Assembly (NCBI GenBank): GCA_964016885.1
Contig: OZ024740.1
Location: 71,982,001-72,046,000 of the forward strand
Direction of reading: 5' to 3'
DNA length: 64,000 nucleotides
From: Eledone cirrhosa
Taxonomy: Eukaryota
The notes under the pieces were generated by a model, which worked only from the letters and a program-made list of their open reading frames with translations, had not been told where the DNA came from and ran no database searches. Shown here in pieces: positions 52,301 to 64,000 of this stretch. The position numbers and the translations under genes were made by a program. The first letter of the stretch is position 1. Each line of letters opens with the position of its first letter.

Positions 52301-53886
52301 TGCACCTGGCACTGAGAGCCCTTGCTACACCACAGAAACACACCTGTGGTTTTGGTTCCTTATCTAGGTGACCTAATTAGCAGAGGTAGAGGAAGTGTAC
52401 TCATTGTAAGTTATGGACATACAAGAGATGTAGTGGGATCACAGGTTAGCTAATAAACTGCAGAGTTCATATAGACAGGAGCTGTAAGCATTAAGTGCGC
52501 ACTAGAAATAAACTTTCTCAAATGCTTCGATGACTATGGAAGCAGTTGACAGGCTTTTGTTACTTAAATGACCTAATTAGCAGTGGAAGGTGGAGTGTTT
52601 AGTCAGTATAAATAATGGGTGGGTAAAGTTCAGGGAGTTGTTATCTCACCTTGCAACAAAGGGATTCGGATTTTGAGTCTAAAAAGGAAAGGAAGAAGCC
52701 AATCATTAAATCAGACCAAGGAAATTATACTATCAACTAGTTGTAATTCCTGGCAAGAACATCACTGCTTTTCTTTGTGTCTTTCTATAGCTGATATTAT
52801 CAACTGGTTGTAACTCTTATCAGCTATAGAAGATAAAAGCAGTGATATTCCTATTAAGAGTTACAACTAGCTATAGAAAGACAAAGAAAATGCACTTGGA
52901 GTCTTAAAGGAGATTTATTTACAACAACTATACTGATTTCACAATTTCTACTACTCACTTCTTTCATCCCTTTCCTGCATACGTCCTCCATCTAACTCCC
53001 ACCTCATTATCTAAGTAACCCACCTTAGTCCTCTTTACCACACTTCACGATCCCCACCCTACCTGGCCCATCCAGCAGCACCTGCAGCAGGGAAAGACAA
53101 TTCCTCACCCCCTCACTCTCACACACTTGTCCAACTCCTTCCATCATGAAAAAGCTACCTCCACCTTCATCCATCCTCACTTATGGCAACATACAAAGAT
53201 GGATACATCCCACCCCGCCGACATCCAACAGGACACACTTCACCTTGCATCACCATAACATGCTTGGTTAAGGTTCAGCAAGACATCTGACCAGGGTGGG
53301 GGGACCATGCCAAAACAGAAACGGAATGTATGAATTAGACATAGTTTCCTGTCTAGCCATGACAACCCATCTGGCCTGGGAAGGCACGGGAAATAAATGT
53401 TTAACAATGATGATGATGTACTTACCCCTCCCCCTGCTGTGTTTATCGCTGATACACCTCACCTGTCGAACCCATTCATGCATGCATGGAAAGCCAGACA
53501 TGTTCTATACCTGCTCTGTTAGGGTTGGCGCCACAACAAAAAGCACCCGGTCCACGCTGCACGGTGATAGTGCTGGTGCCACAACAAAAGCACCTATTCT
53601 ATTCTGTAAGGTGGTCGTGCTGGTACTACGACAAAAAAGTACCTATCACCTATTCTATCCTGTAAAGTGGTTGTGGTGGTGCCTCGCTTAAAAAACACCC
53701 AGTACACGGGGTAATGCGGTTGGCATTAGGAAATACACCCACCCGCAGAAACCAAGCCCAAACAGACCTGTATGAGCAAGACGTGGTCACCTGACCTAAT
53801 CTAGCTAGCCTCATAATGTGATAACCCCATCTTACCCATGTAAGCATGGAAAATAGACGTTAAACGGTGAAGATTATGACTATATA

Positions 53887-53987
53887 CAGAGTGTCCCCCC
53901 AAAATGTATACACACTTGGATTACCTGTACAAGCAATATTTAATAGAATGCTGTTGAAGTGTGTATACATGTTTTGGGGATACTGTG
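53887..53987. mobile_element. Tc1/mariner-type MITE (about 100 bp)
   Basis: TA|CAGAGTGTCCCCCCAAAATGTATACACACTT...AAGTGTGTATACATGTTTTGGGGATACTGTG|TA. A related shorter copy lies at about 54293-54370. Confidence 0.75.
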
Positions 53988-54021
<34 letters not shown>

Positions 54022-54398
54022 GAGTGGTTGGCGTTATGACCGGCTGTGAAAACCGTGCCAAATATGGAACGGATAAGCAAGACGAGGTTTTCTGATCTCA
54101 CGGCTCTGGGACAGTGACAGCATGTTCAACCCATGCCAGCGTGGAAAGTGGATGTAAAATGATGATGACACACATATACATCATCATTTAACGTTCGTTT
54201 TCCCCGCTAGCAAGTGTAGGACAATATACTGCTTATATATTAGTATATACATGTGTGTGTGTGTATATATATATATACCCACATACACACACACAAGGTG
54301 TCCACCAAAAATGTAAACATACTTTGATTAGAATGTTGTTGAAATGTGTATACATTTTTGGGACACACACACACTCTCTCTCTATATATATATGTGTG

Positions 54399-54453
<55 letters not shown>

Positions 54454-55029
54454 CAACCCACACGCCGTACTAATAACAAAATGTAGTTATTTAATAGTAT
54501 CTACTGTTGATTTATCTTTTAACTCTTCGCCTTCGTTTACCGTATTATTATATCGCTGTATTTGTGTATCACTGTATCCCTGTATTTTCACGGCGTGTGT
54601 TTCCATGATTAGCTTTTGATTTTCTCTCAAGGAAAAAGATGGATGGATCCTCTCATGTGTTGTTGAATCAATACTGTATGTGTTACTCAATCTCTGCTTT
54701 CTGATTCATACCGGACTGTTATGAATTTCTTGCGTTTCTAAGCAGTTAATAGTAATTTGTCTTCTAACGTCTTGTTATCGCTCATTCATTCTTACAAAAT
54801 ACTGAAATTATTACATATATCTTTTAACCGGATTCCACGGAATGTGGGGGAAGTTCTTATTTTTACATTTAAAATATCGTTTTTATATATTTTTATTTTT
54901 ATTTTTTAAATTTATTTCTTTATCAAGCATCATATGATGAACGTCTAAAGAAAGAATGACTACATACAGGTAGATCTGAATAATATTAGCTTGTTTAAAT
55001 CCTCCTCCTGTAGGTCACACACGGAGGGG

Positions 55030-55520
55030 AACTATATATAAAAGAAGCGATATAGTTGCAGACGACAACGGTGCCAAGATGAACAATAAAAAATAATATT
55101 AATAACATTAACAACAATAGCAGCAGTAGTAGTAGAAATAAAAAGGTAAATGAAGAGAGAAAAAAGAGTGAAAGAAAATACAACGGCAAACAAAAGAAAA
55201 ACGCTTCTGAAATGTCGTTTTCGATTAAAATTCATAGAAAATAGTAATGAATAAAACGAAAATAATGCTAACATGCGTAGTGTATATATGTAGGCAGCCG
55301 GTAGAATTTCAGAATTTGCTTTCCATACAACGGACGTTGTTAAAAGAAAGAAATACGGAGTGAGGCAACAGCGCGGCTGTCATTTTCAAAGTGCGCGTGA
55401 AATTCTGCCCAGTTATTCTTATTTTGTTTTGCATTTTTCTTATATAATGTAAACTATTCAGATAATTAAAAACAAACAAACAAAAAAAAAGAAGCTTATT
55501 TTCGGCTATACACTGTAAGC
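55030..55520 (+). promoter_or_regulatory. Candidate promoter / non-coding first exon of the ceramide synthase gene
   Basis: A repeat-free, relatively CpG-retaining stretch about 1 kb upstream of the coding exon, with TATATAAAAG near 55035 and a possible donor ACT|GTAAGC at 55515. Confidence 0.35.
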
Positions 55521-55821
55521 GGTTAACCTTCTCTTTCACCTGGTTTGTTGTTGCTTTTAATTTTTATTTTCGTTTTTATTTTTCTCGGGTTTCTACTGCA
55601 ATATATTAATTTTGCTACCTTTGCATGCATCATTTGCATTATTAATACATTTTGTTTGTCCTTGAGACCAGTCATATTTTTTTCTTTTATTACAAATTTA
55701 TTCTGATAATTAGCAATACTTACAGCATTTAATCTACAAACAATTACTAATTACACCTCCGCATCTGTTTGTATATATATATATATATATATATACATAC
55801 ATACACACACACACACGTACA

Positions 55822-55940
<119 letters not shown>

Positions 55941-55982
55941 GAGACGTATAGAGATTGTTTTAGCAATATATTGTTTTATGCC

Positions 55983-56018
<36 letters not shown>

Positions 56019-56477
56019 GGCAACACCTCCCACTACCGCAGTTCATACTATCTATCTAGTTACCTCCTCCCACCACCATAGTCCATACTATCTATTTAAA
56101 TCACTCCCCACCGCCGCTCTCCTCCTACTACGATAGTCCGTAGTATCTATCTAAATACTCCCCGCCTCCACCTCCTACTACTTCTTCAATTGTCCATACT
56201 ATCTAATATATTCCCGGCCTCCCTCTACTACAACACTCCATAGTCTCTATCTAAATAATCTCCCCCCCCCCCCATCTTTCTCTCTGTTTTTCCTCCTACT
56301 CTTCCATTTACACTGTTGCTTAACTCAGTAATTACTATATATTTTCACCCCTCATTATCCAGCTTGCTCACTCCTCTCCTCAATAACGCTTTATGTAGCG
56401 CTCTTGTTTCGTTTGCAGTTCACGTTTTGGCAGCAAGCTGGCAGTAGATTAAATACATTTTGGCCGAGTTTGTGGAT

Positions 56478-56662
56478 ATGGACGCTCTTTGGACGGATAT
56501 CAAAGCTACGATTTGGAGTGAAAAATTTTGGTTCCCTAAGAATTTATCATGGGATTCCTTAGAAAACAAAGACGATGGGATATATCATCCACAACTTGGC
56601 GATTTATCATTAGCTCTACCCATGGCTTTGTTCCTGTCGATATTTCGGATTTGCTTAGAAAG
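56478..56662 (+). CDS. CERS6: Ceramide synthase (CERS5/6-like, LASS/schlank family), first coding exon
   Basis: MDALWTDIKATIWSEKFWFPKNLSWDSLENKDDGIYHPQLGDLSLALPMALFLSIFRICLER matches the CerS N-terminus (W.E.FW.P.N.[TS]W.DL....P...DL..A.P.A......R...ER), including the N-glycosylation sequon. Acceptor TTTCGTTTGCAG|56419; phase-2 donor AG|GTGAGA at 56663. The symbol is approximate: the gene is probably co-orthologous to vertebrate CERS2-6. Confidence 0.88.
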
Positions 56663-56770
56663 GTGAGAGATTTTACGTTTTTTTAATACTTTTATTATTG
56701 CTTGTTTCTCTTGGTAACTATAACTATACATTAAAGGCATGGTTCTTTTTTTGTTGTTTTATACACATAC

Positions 56771-56812
<42 letters not shown>

Positions 56813-56841
56813 ACACATATACTGTGAGTATATATATATAT

Positions 56842-57213
56842 CAGTTTTCCTTCTCCTAGAATTCTGCCTTGACCTGCAACCCTGATGGTATCCAATGATG
56901 TTGACTTGTTCTTCTTTTTGGTAAATATCATCTTGGTTAAGAGAGTGGGACTGGCTTTGTGTAGTGCCTTTGCTCACTATAAAAGCTTCACGGCACAGGC
57001 ATTGCTTAATATCTGGAGATCTCTCTACACTTGTCGTCACAGGGTACCATGGGCCCAGCACTGTGTGTCAGTAATTGTCACAAGTGTAGTGTTTGTACCA
57101 GAGTTTTCAAGTCGCTGGCTGGACTAAAAAGTCACACTCGTTCAGCGCATCGGTAGGGGTTCTCCTACATGGATATAAAGTAGTGGCCGTACTCGAAAAC
57201 GAGTTGGCAGCCA

Positions 57214-57216
<3 letters not shown>
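56842..57216 (+). mobile_element. Non-autonomous RTE-derived retroposon, copy 3 (5' truncated, short inverted 5' piece)
   Basis: Reverse complement of 33728-34070 over 56873-57216. The segment 56839-56872 is in the opposite orientation. Confidence 0.75.
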
Positions 57217-57257
<41 letters not shown>

Positions 57258-57588
57258 CACGCACATTAAAGGCTGACCATGGTTTTACACCTGGAAAGTC
57301 CGTCTCTAAAGTACAAGCCTGGTCAAGGTGTCTTGTTGAAAACCCAACAGTCGTTCACCCTCCCCCCTCTCCTTGCCACTTATGTTGTCCAAGAGAAAGG
57401 CCAAGGAATGATACAATTCGGCACAGATGTCGCAATTCGACCAATTCATTATCTCTACAATACTACATTATTTATCAACCCCCGTAAGGATGAAAGAAAA
57501 AGTCAACCTCAGCGTGATTCGAACTTGGAGCTCAGTAAGCTAGAACAAATACCGCGAAATCTTTTAATCAAACGCTCTAACTGCCAAT

Positions 57589-57717
<129 letters not shown>

Positions 57718-59789
57718 ATATGCCTACACGCGTGAAATATATAATATATGTATAAAACGTATGTATCCTTTACCAATGCTGTCTTCAGCATTCGACTATG
57801 GCCATGCTGGGGTACTGCCTATAACATTTTTAGTTCTATCATATTGACTCCAGTAATTTATTTTTTCTTATGTCAGTTGTTTGATCAATCGCTGTTTGTT
57901 GAACTACTAAGTTTCGGGATGTAAACGTAAACACACACATCATCACCTGCGAGATTCAGTTTTCCAGATCCACTATTACCACTTCTGTCTAGGTTTTTCT
58001 TCGTCTTCCTCTACTGTGACTTCCCTCCACTAGGAACTCCTGGCGTTTCTTCATCCAGTGATCATATGCCGATACCAGAGAAGTCTTCTCTCATACACAC
58101 ATTTCATTCCTCTTATACAGTTTCTCTCTCAACTAGCTCATTCATGCTTCTCTGTTCACGCACATTAACATCACACATCCACCAGAGCAAACTTGCTTCA
58201 TTTCTTTCTAGTCTTTACATATCCTCTGCATTTACTAGGGCAACTGTCTTCTTCATCCTGTCCACCGAGACCACGAGGCCGACTGATCCTTAAGTTTCAT
58301 TTATGGCGGTGGCATGTGGAATAAATTTACTTAAGCTTTAGCTCCTAGGCAGATATTTAAATAAATTTAGTAAAGACTGCGATGAGTCAATAGAGGGAAT
58401 TTGTAACGTTTTAACTGACTCATATTTTTCTTAATGTGTAATTTAGCTTCAGAACTAAGACGTTGACACCAGGAAGGGCATCCGGATGTAAAATATTTTC
58501 GGAAAACATCCTGTCCAACCTATGCCAACATGGAAATGTGGACGTAAAAATTATAATGATGATGATATATCTTGGATTTCCGCACAATTTCCAGCTACTA
58601 AATTTCACATAAAACACTGTCACTAAACGTGAGGATATAGTAGACACTTGTCCAAGGTGCCACATTGTGGGACTGATTTTGAAACCATACAATTGTTAAG
58701 TGAACTACTTAACCACATGCCTGCAAAAGGTCTCTCACTCTCTCATTTTTTAAAATAATTTTTCACAAAACTCTTTCATTGGATTTTAGATGCCAACTAG
58801 GTAAATACATATGTATGTATATAATAGTGTGTATATAAAATGTATGGCACATATGTGTGTATGGGTGTTTGCACCTGATTGAATAGATACAGCATGTGAA
58901 TGAGAATGGGGGAGAGTAATGTGAAAGAGCCAGATTGTAAGGGTCATCAAAGGGGCCATAATAGAAGCAAACCAAAGAGATAGAGGAAAGATGGATGGGA
59001 GACAGTGTGTGTGATAGACAGCTACATGATAAAGAGAGAATAATGGAACTGTGAGGGAGAGGAGTGATAGCAGTAGGAAATGGGTGATGGTAAGGACTGA
59101 AACAACACCTGGGTATTTAGCACCCCGGAATAGCCCTACAATGTGTATCTGAGTATTTGGTATCCTAGGTTAGCTCTATAATGAATGCCTTATTCACCTC
59201 TTGCTCTGACCACACTATTAAACCTGTATTTTCCACTACACGGTCTACACTCACCCACACCAAATCATATTATAGGTCATAACACTATATAACCTTCTCC
59301 ACCACATATGATATTTCCATAATGCTGCTGCATGGCAAAGATGTTTAGTAATATATTTATTGATCATGGGAAATTTTTATGTCTAATCTAATAATACAGA
59401 TTTGTATAAAACTGTTCCTTTAAGATTCCGTAATATACCTCTCTGAGATCTGTGCTGTAGGCAACTGCCTGATTGACTTTGATGATAGCACTGATCTTGG
59501 GTAAGGAAATGATTGAATAAAGACAGATCCAATGTACCGGTTGTCTGCCATTTTACATGCAATGAAGTGGGACAGAATGCTATGGGCTAGAGAGACAGTG
59601 AAGTGGCAGGCATAAATGTAGATATTAACCACCCCAACCTCCAAGTCCATAATCATTTCTATGGTTATTTTCCTCCTGTTTGTATGGTTTCAGCAAGTCC
59701 TCTTTGCCCCTTATCACAGTTCTTTATCTCCTTTGTAGGATTTAACTTTGTCTTCCTATGTCTTCTTCAGTATTTGGAATGCTTGACAT

Positions 59790-61830
59790 TTGTTTTTGTA
59801 CATTCTTCTGTTCATGCACATCCCTAACAGGATACTCATTTTTTTCCAGCCTTTGAGTATTTTCCATGCCCCTAATGTGCATTCATGGCTTATACTGGGC
59901 ACACTGTATGGAATTTCTCCCAACTCCTTTTCTACTTCTCTAGCATGGCCATACCCCTGATGATAGCAAGGCCCTGTATTCTTTCCCTTTCTACTTGCTA
60001 CAACTTTAGTCTTTAAGTTTACATTGAGGTTTTTGATTCTAGGGTTTGCTTCCATGTCTGGAATTTCTTTTCTAACTTTCTTTTTACAGATTCTACTATA
60101 AGAACTAAATCATCAGTATATGAGTTCTTACAGGCAGACTGTTTTAAACTCCCGTTATGTCGCAGAAGATTATAATAAACATGAAGGGTGAGAAATGATT
60201 ACTGAGGGGAGCACTTACTTAGCACCTACTTCAATTCCTCATTGAATTAATTACTCTTATCTTGTTATTGACATATCTGTACATGGCTTGCAAGTCTCTC
60301 ACAACCCATTTAGTTATACTCGTTTTCTTAGGAACCACCAGACTACAGTGTGTGGAACACTGTCAAAGTCTTTCTCTGTGTTGATGAATGCTAAGTAGAG
60401 TGGCTTACTTCAAGCCCCTTCTGCAGTTACCCCACTAGGAAGACAACATCAGGAGTATGTCTTCACAAAAACCTGAACTGCATCTCTTCTAGATTCTGTT
60501 CCTAAGCAATTATGCTATAAATTTATCAGTAACTTTTGTCAATTTACTAAGTCTATAGTTACCTCTGTTGCCTTAACCACTCTTAGTGGTTAAGGCTAGT
60601 GATTCAGGATAGTAAGGTAATGAGATTGATTCTCAGTGACGCTTTGTCATTGAGCAAGACCCTTTATTTCATGTTGCTTCAGTTCGCTCAGCTAGCAAAA
60701 ATTAGTTGTACCTGTGATTCAAAGGATCAACTTTGTCACACATTGTCATGCTGAATCTCCCTAGGAACTACATTAAAGGTAATGTTTGTGGAATGCTCAA
60801 CCACTTACAAGTTGATTTCATGAGTAGGTTGTTCCATGAGTAGGTTGTTCCATCATTGAAATACTCGCCATCAGAAATGACAGAAGTCCAATACAGTTGC
60901 CTCTCTCTTTTATATCACCTTTCCCCTTGTTGTTGCTCTCTATTTTATCTCCTTTACCCTTGTTGCAGTTTACAAAGATAATGTTACACCAGTCATTATA
61001 CATCAAACATTATACATATGTAGGTGAGTAACACTTAAGCTCCCTCATTTCAGCCAACCCTTAATCATGATTTAGATCATACAGCTGTCAACTTCCAAAG
61101 CTGGTCTCTTTGTTGGATCTCTTGTACTCTTCCATGTTGGCATGGGTTGGACTGGTCATTATGCTCCAAACTAGTTCTTATTCAGAGTTACTACCCTCCT
61201 AGATTGGTAAACTACTGTCTTGCTCATATGTTACATGGTTTCTTTATCAGCCTGTGGTTCTGCTACACATTTTGTGTACCCATAATTTACACTGTACACA
61301 GTAATGAAGTTCCTACCTACACCTTTTCTGTATATTGCACTCAGCCATTTCTCTGGTATAAAAGACATGCCTTCTTTCCTACTTTCTTGAACTTTAGACT
61401 TTGCTAAATTTAATTTGAGTCCTTTCAGTTCCAGGTTTACCTTCAGGCCTGAAATTTCTTCTCTAATTTTGTTAGACTCAGTTATAAGAACTAGGTTATC
61501 AGTGTATAAGAGTTTCCATGGACAGCTGGTTTTAAAACTCCTTTGTTATGACCTGGAGTACTATGGTAAACAGATTGAGGGTGAGAACTTAGCCCTGGTG
61601 GACCTTTATCTATCATGTTAAATTTGTCATTGTATTCATTAACTCACCTTACTACTTTACCTCTGTACATGGCTTGCAAACTATTCATCTATCCCTATTT
61701 TCTTAAGAGCCCACTAGATTACAGTCTGGTACCCTGTTGAAGACCTTTTCCAGGTCAACAAATGCTAGCTAGAAGGGCTGACACCTCTAAGCATTTTCCT
61801 GCAGTTGTCTCATTAAAGCAACAGCATTAG
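59790..61830 (-). mobile_element. Old decayed RTE LINE fragments (at least two) with a SINE B remnant at about 60590-60815
   Basis: Recognisable RT remnants homologous to 35600-36450, with many stops and indels. Confidence 0.7.
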
Positions 61831-61959
61831 TAATCATACTAATCTCCCTGATAATTGCATTAAAGGTAAGACATGTCTGAAATACACACTCATTTTACCA
61901 ACTGAAACACTCATTGCTGGAATCTGTTGAAAGTCCATTTACTTTACTTATATATATAT

Positions 61960-62390
61960 ATTTATATTCTAGGGCGGGTAAAATTCCTGAGATCCATGGG
62001 CGAGTTCTCTCCAGCGGTCTCTGTCCCTCATTATTGCTGCTATGTCCTGCGTCTCCAACAGACCAGTGTCTGTCCTTAGGGCATCAACATACATTAACTT
62101 TGGTCTTCCTCTTCCAGTGTGTCCATGTAGGGGCTCCCACAGGAGCACTGAGTGCAATGTCAACTCTGGATGTTGGTGAGCATGTCCAGCTAACCTCAGT
62201 CTTCATGGCTGTAGTGGAGTCTGTGCTGCTGTACGGCTCTGAGACTTGGACACTGACCAAGAAACTTACTCAGATGGTGGATGGGTGCTACACGAGAATG
62301 CTGAGGATGGCTCTGAACATTAATCAGTATACACTGAGGATGAAAAACTCAGAGCTGTATGGGGGCCTCCCAAAAGTCAGCTCAAAAGTT
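61960..62390 (-). mobile_element. RTE-like LINE 3' fragment with inverted 5' segment
   Basis: The plus strand at about 62200-62390 encodes VESVLLYGSETWTLTK...ELYGGLPKVSSK. The minus strand at about 62204-61969 encodes the continuation RLRLAGH..LLWEP..GRP..AIMRDRDRWRE. Confidence 0.85.
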
Positions 62391-62560
62391 ATATATATAT
62401 ATATATATTTATTTATATATATATTTATTTATATATATATTTATTTATATATATATTTATTTATATATATATTTATTTATATATATATTTATTTATATAT
62501 ATATTTATTTATATATATATTTATTTATATATATATTTATTTATATATATATATATTTAT
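62390..62560. repeat. 14-bp AT minisatellite (TATATATATTTATT)n
   Basis: Perfect tandem copies. Confidence 0.92.
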
Positions 62561-63243
62561 TAAAATAACAGATTAAAGTTTAAGCAAAGAATCGCTGCTT
62601 TCACTCTTAACGGGATCTTCTGAAACTAACAAAGTCAATCTGTAAACGCAGAATTGGATATTTCAAAAAACGTTGCAACTGAAGGAAGACAGGAAGACGA
62701 TACTTTGGTTCGTGGTAACGTTCGCTGGCAAAGAACGGGGAAAAAACGAATAATACGTCATTAATAGGAGCGGTGAAAAACAATTACGCGCAAAGACAAA
62801 ACCACGTTTATGGTATAAAAGAGGTTGTAGACTAATGTTCTCTTAGGTGGTGCATAGAGACGTTCTCTGGCAATGAACGAAAAAACGAAGATAATAAGTC
62901 ATATGTGGAGCGTGGAGAACAATAGCACGCAAAGACAAAACCACGTAAATGGTATAGCAGAAATCGTAGACTAAAATTCTAACTAGGAGACCAAATGAAT
63001 CTCCGCTACAGAGTTAAGAACAAAGTAAATAAATACAATACAGAAATAATAGAAACAAATAAATACATACACGCAAACAGATACGTACATACACAAGCAT
63101 ACGCAAAACCTTACCATGGGTATACAAAACCACGCACATATAAATATGTGTGTGTGTGTGTGTATGCTTGTGTACAAATAAATAAATAATTATATAAACG
63201 TATATTATATAAACGTATATAATGATTATATAAACGTATATAA

Positions 63244-64000
63244 AAATGAAAGGCAGGTTGTACGATGCCTGCATACGAACAGCAATGCTGCATGGCAGTG
63301 AGACCTGGGCATTGTGTGCAGAGGATATACGCAGACTAGAGAGGAACGAAGCTTGCATGAACGGCAAAGCATAAACGAAGCTTGCATGAACGGCAAAGCA
63401 TAAACGAACTAAGGAAAAAATTAGAGATAAGAGGGATCAGATGTTGTTTACTCGAGAGAAGGCTACGTTGGTATGGACACGTGATGCGCATGAAAGTCGA
63501 TAGCTGTATAACAAAGTGCAGGGCAATAAAGATAGACGGTAGTCACGGAATAGGCAGACCTAGAAAAACCTGGGACAAGCTGATAAACTCCGACATTACA
63601 CACTTACACCTCTCCAAGACAATGTCACTGGACCAAGACCTTTGGCGGTACTCAGTAACAGAGAAGACCCGCCTTACCTAAATATATAGTAAAACCTACT
63701 CCAGCCAGTAGGCATCTCTAACAAAATACACCCCGTCCCACCACCACCACCCCCACCCCATCCACACCACCCCGTTCTATGTAAAGTTATGTTGGTGCCG
63801 CGCCATCGAGGCCGAAACAAATGAGATCGTGTAGGTGTCACGACAAAAAAACACACAGTCCACGCTGTAATGTGGCCGTGTAGGCAACACGGTAAAAACC
63901 TCCCAGACCCACACTGTAAATGTGGTTGGTGTTAGGAAGGGCATCCAACTGTAGAAAACCTGCCAGACAGTCCTATGCGAGCAAGATAATCACTCTTGCC
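63244..64000 (+). mobile_element. RTE LINE 3' end (sister subfamily), runs off the window
   Basis: MKGRLYDACIRTAMLHGSETW, RRLRWYGHVMRM and GRPRKTWD, then a 3' UTR matching 34380-34647. Local duplication at 63345-63408. Confidence 0.9.

Noticed and set aside
56460-56666. Stand-alone 68-aa ORF starting at TTG
   Set aside because: It is a spliced exon. The likely start is the ATG at 56478, and the apparent stop lies inside the GTGAGA donor.
61914-62576. 220-aa ORF
   Set aside because: A chimera of antisense LINE, sense LINE and AT minisatellite sequence.

Overview
A repeat-dominated eukaryotic (animal) genomic window. The SINE/LINE families, hammerhead-bearing repeats and extreme microsatellite load suggest a cephalopod, probably an octopus; this is inference, not a database result. 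Most ORFs in the supplied track are translations of microsatellites. One host-gene segment is clear: the first coding exon of a ceramide synthase (CERS2-6/schlank type) at 56478-56662 (+), with good splice sites and a candidate promoter about 1 kb upstream. The rest of the gene lies beyond the window. Mobile DNA includes: a near full-length but disrupted Tx1/L1-clade LINE (about 18456-24330) flanked by (TTA)n; several RTE-clade LINE copies with a PHD finger inside the RT; R4/Dong-like and CRE-like restriction-like-endonuclease (RLE) LINE fragments; two tRNA-derived SINE families; Tc1/mariner, pogo and piggyBac-like MITEs; and Penelope-type repeats with minimal hammerhead ribozyme motifs. The most notable observations are: (1) an identical in-frame TGA just before the PHD finger in both young RTE copies; (2) apparent partitioning of microsatellite targets among retroelement families; (3) a twin-priming-type inversion in an RTE-like LINE; (4) several hammerhead motifs; (5) a 4.2-kb ACC/ACT array with higher-order structure. 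Repeat boundaries were read by eye and are approximate.
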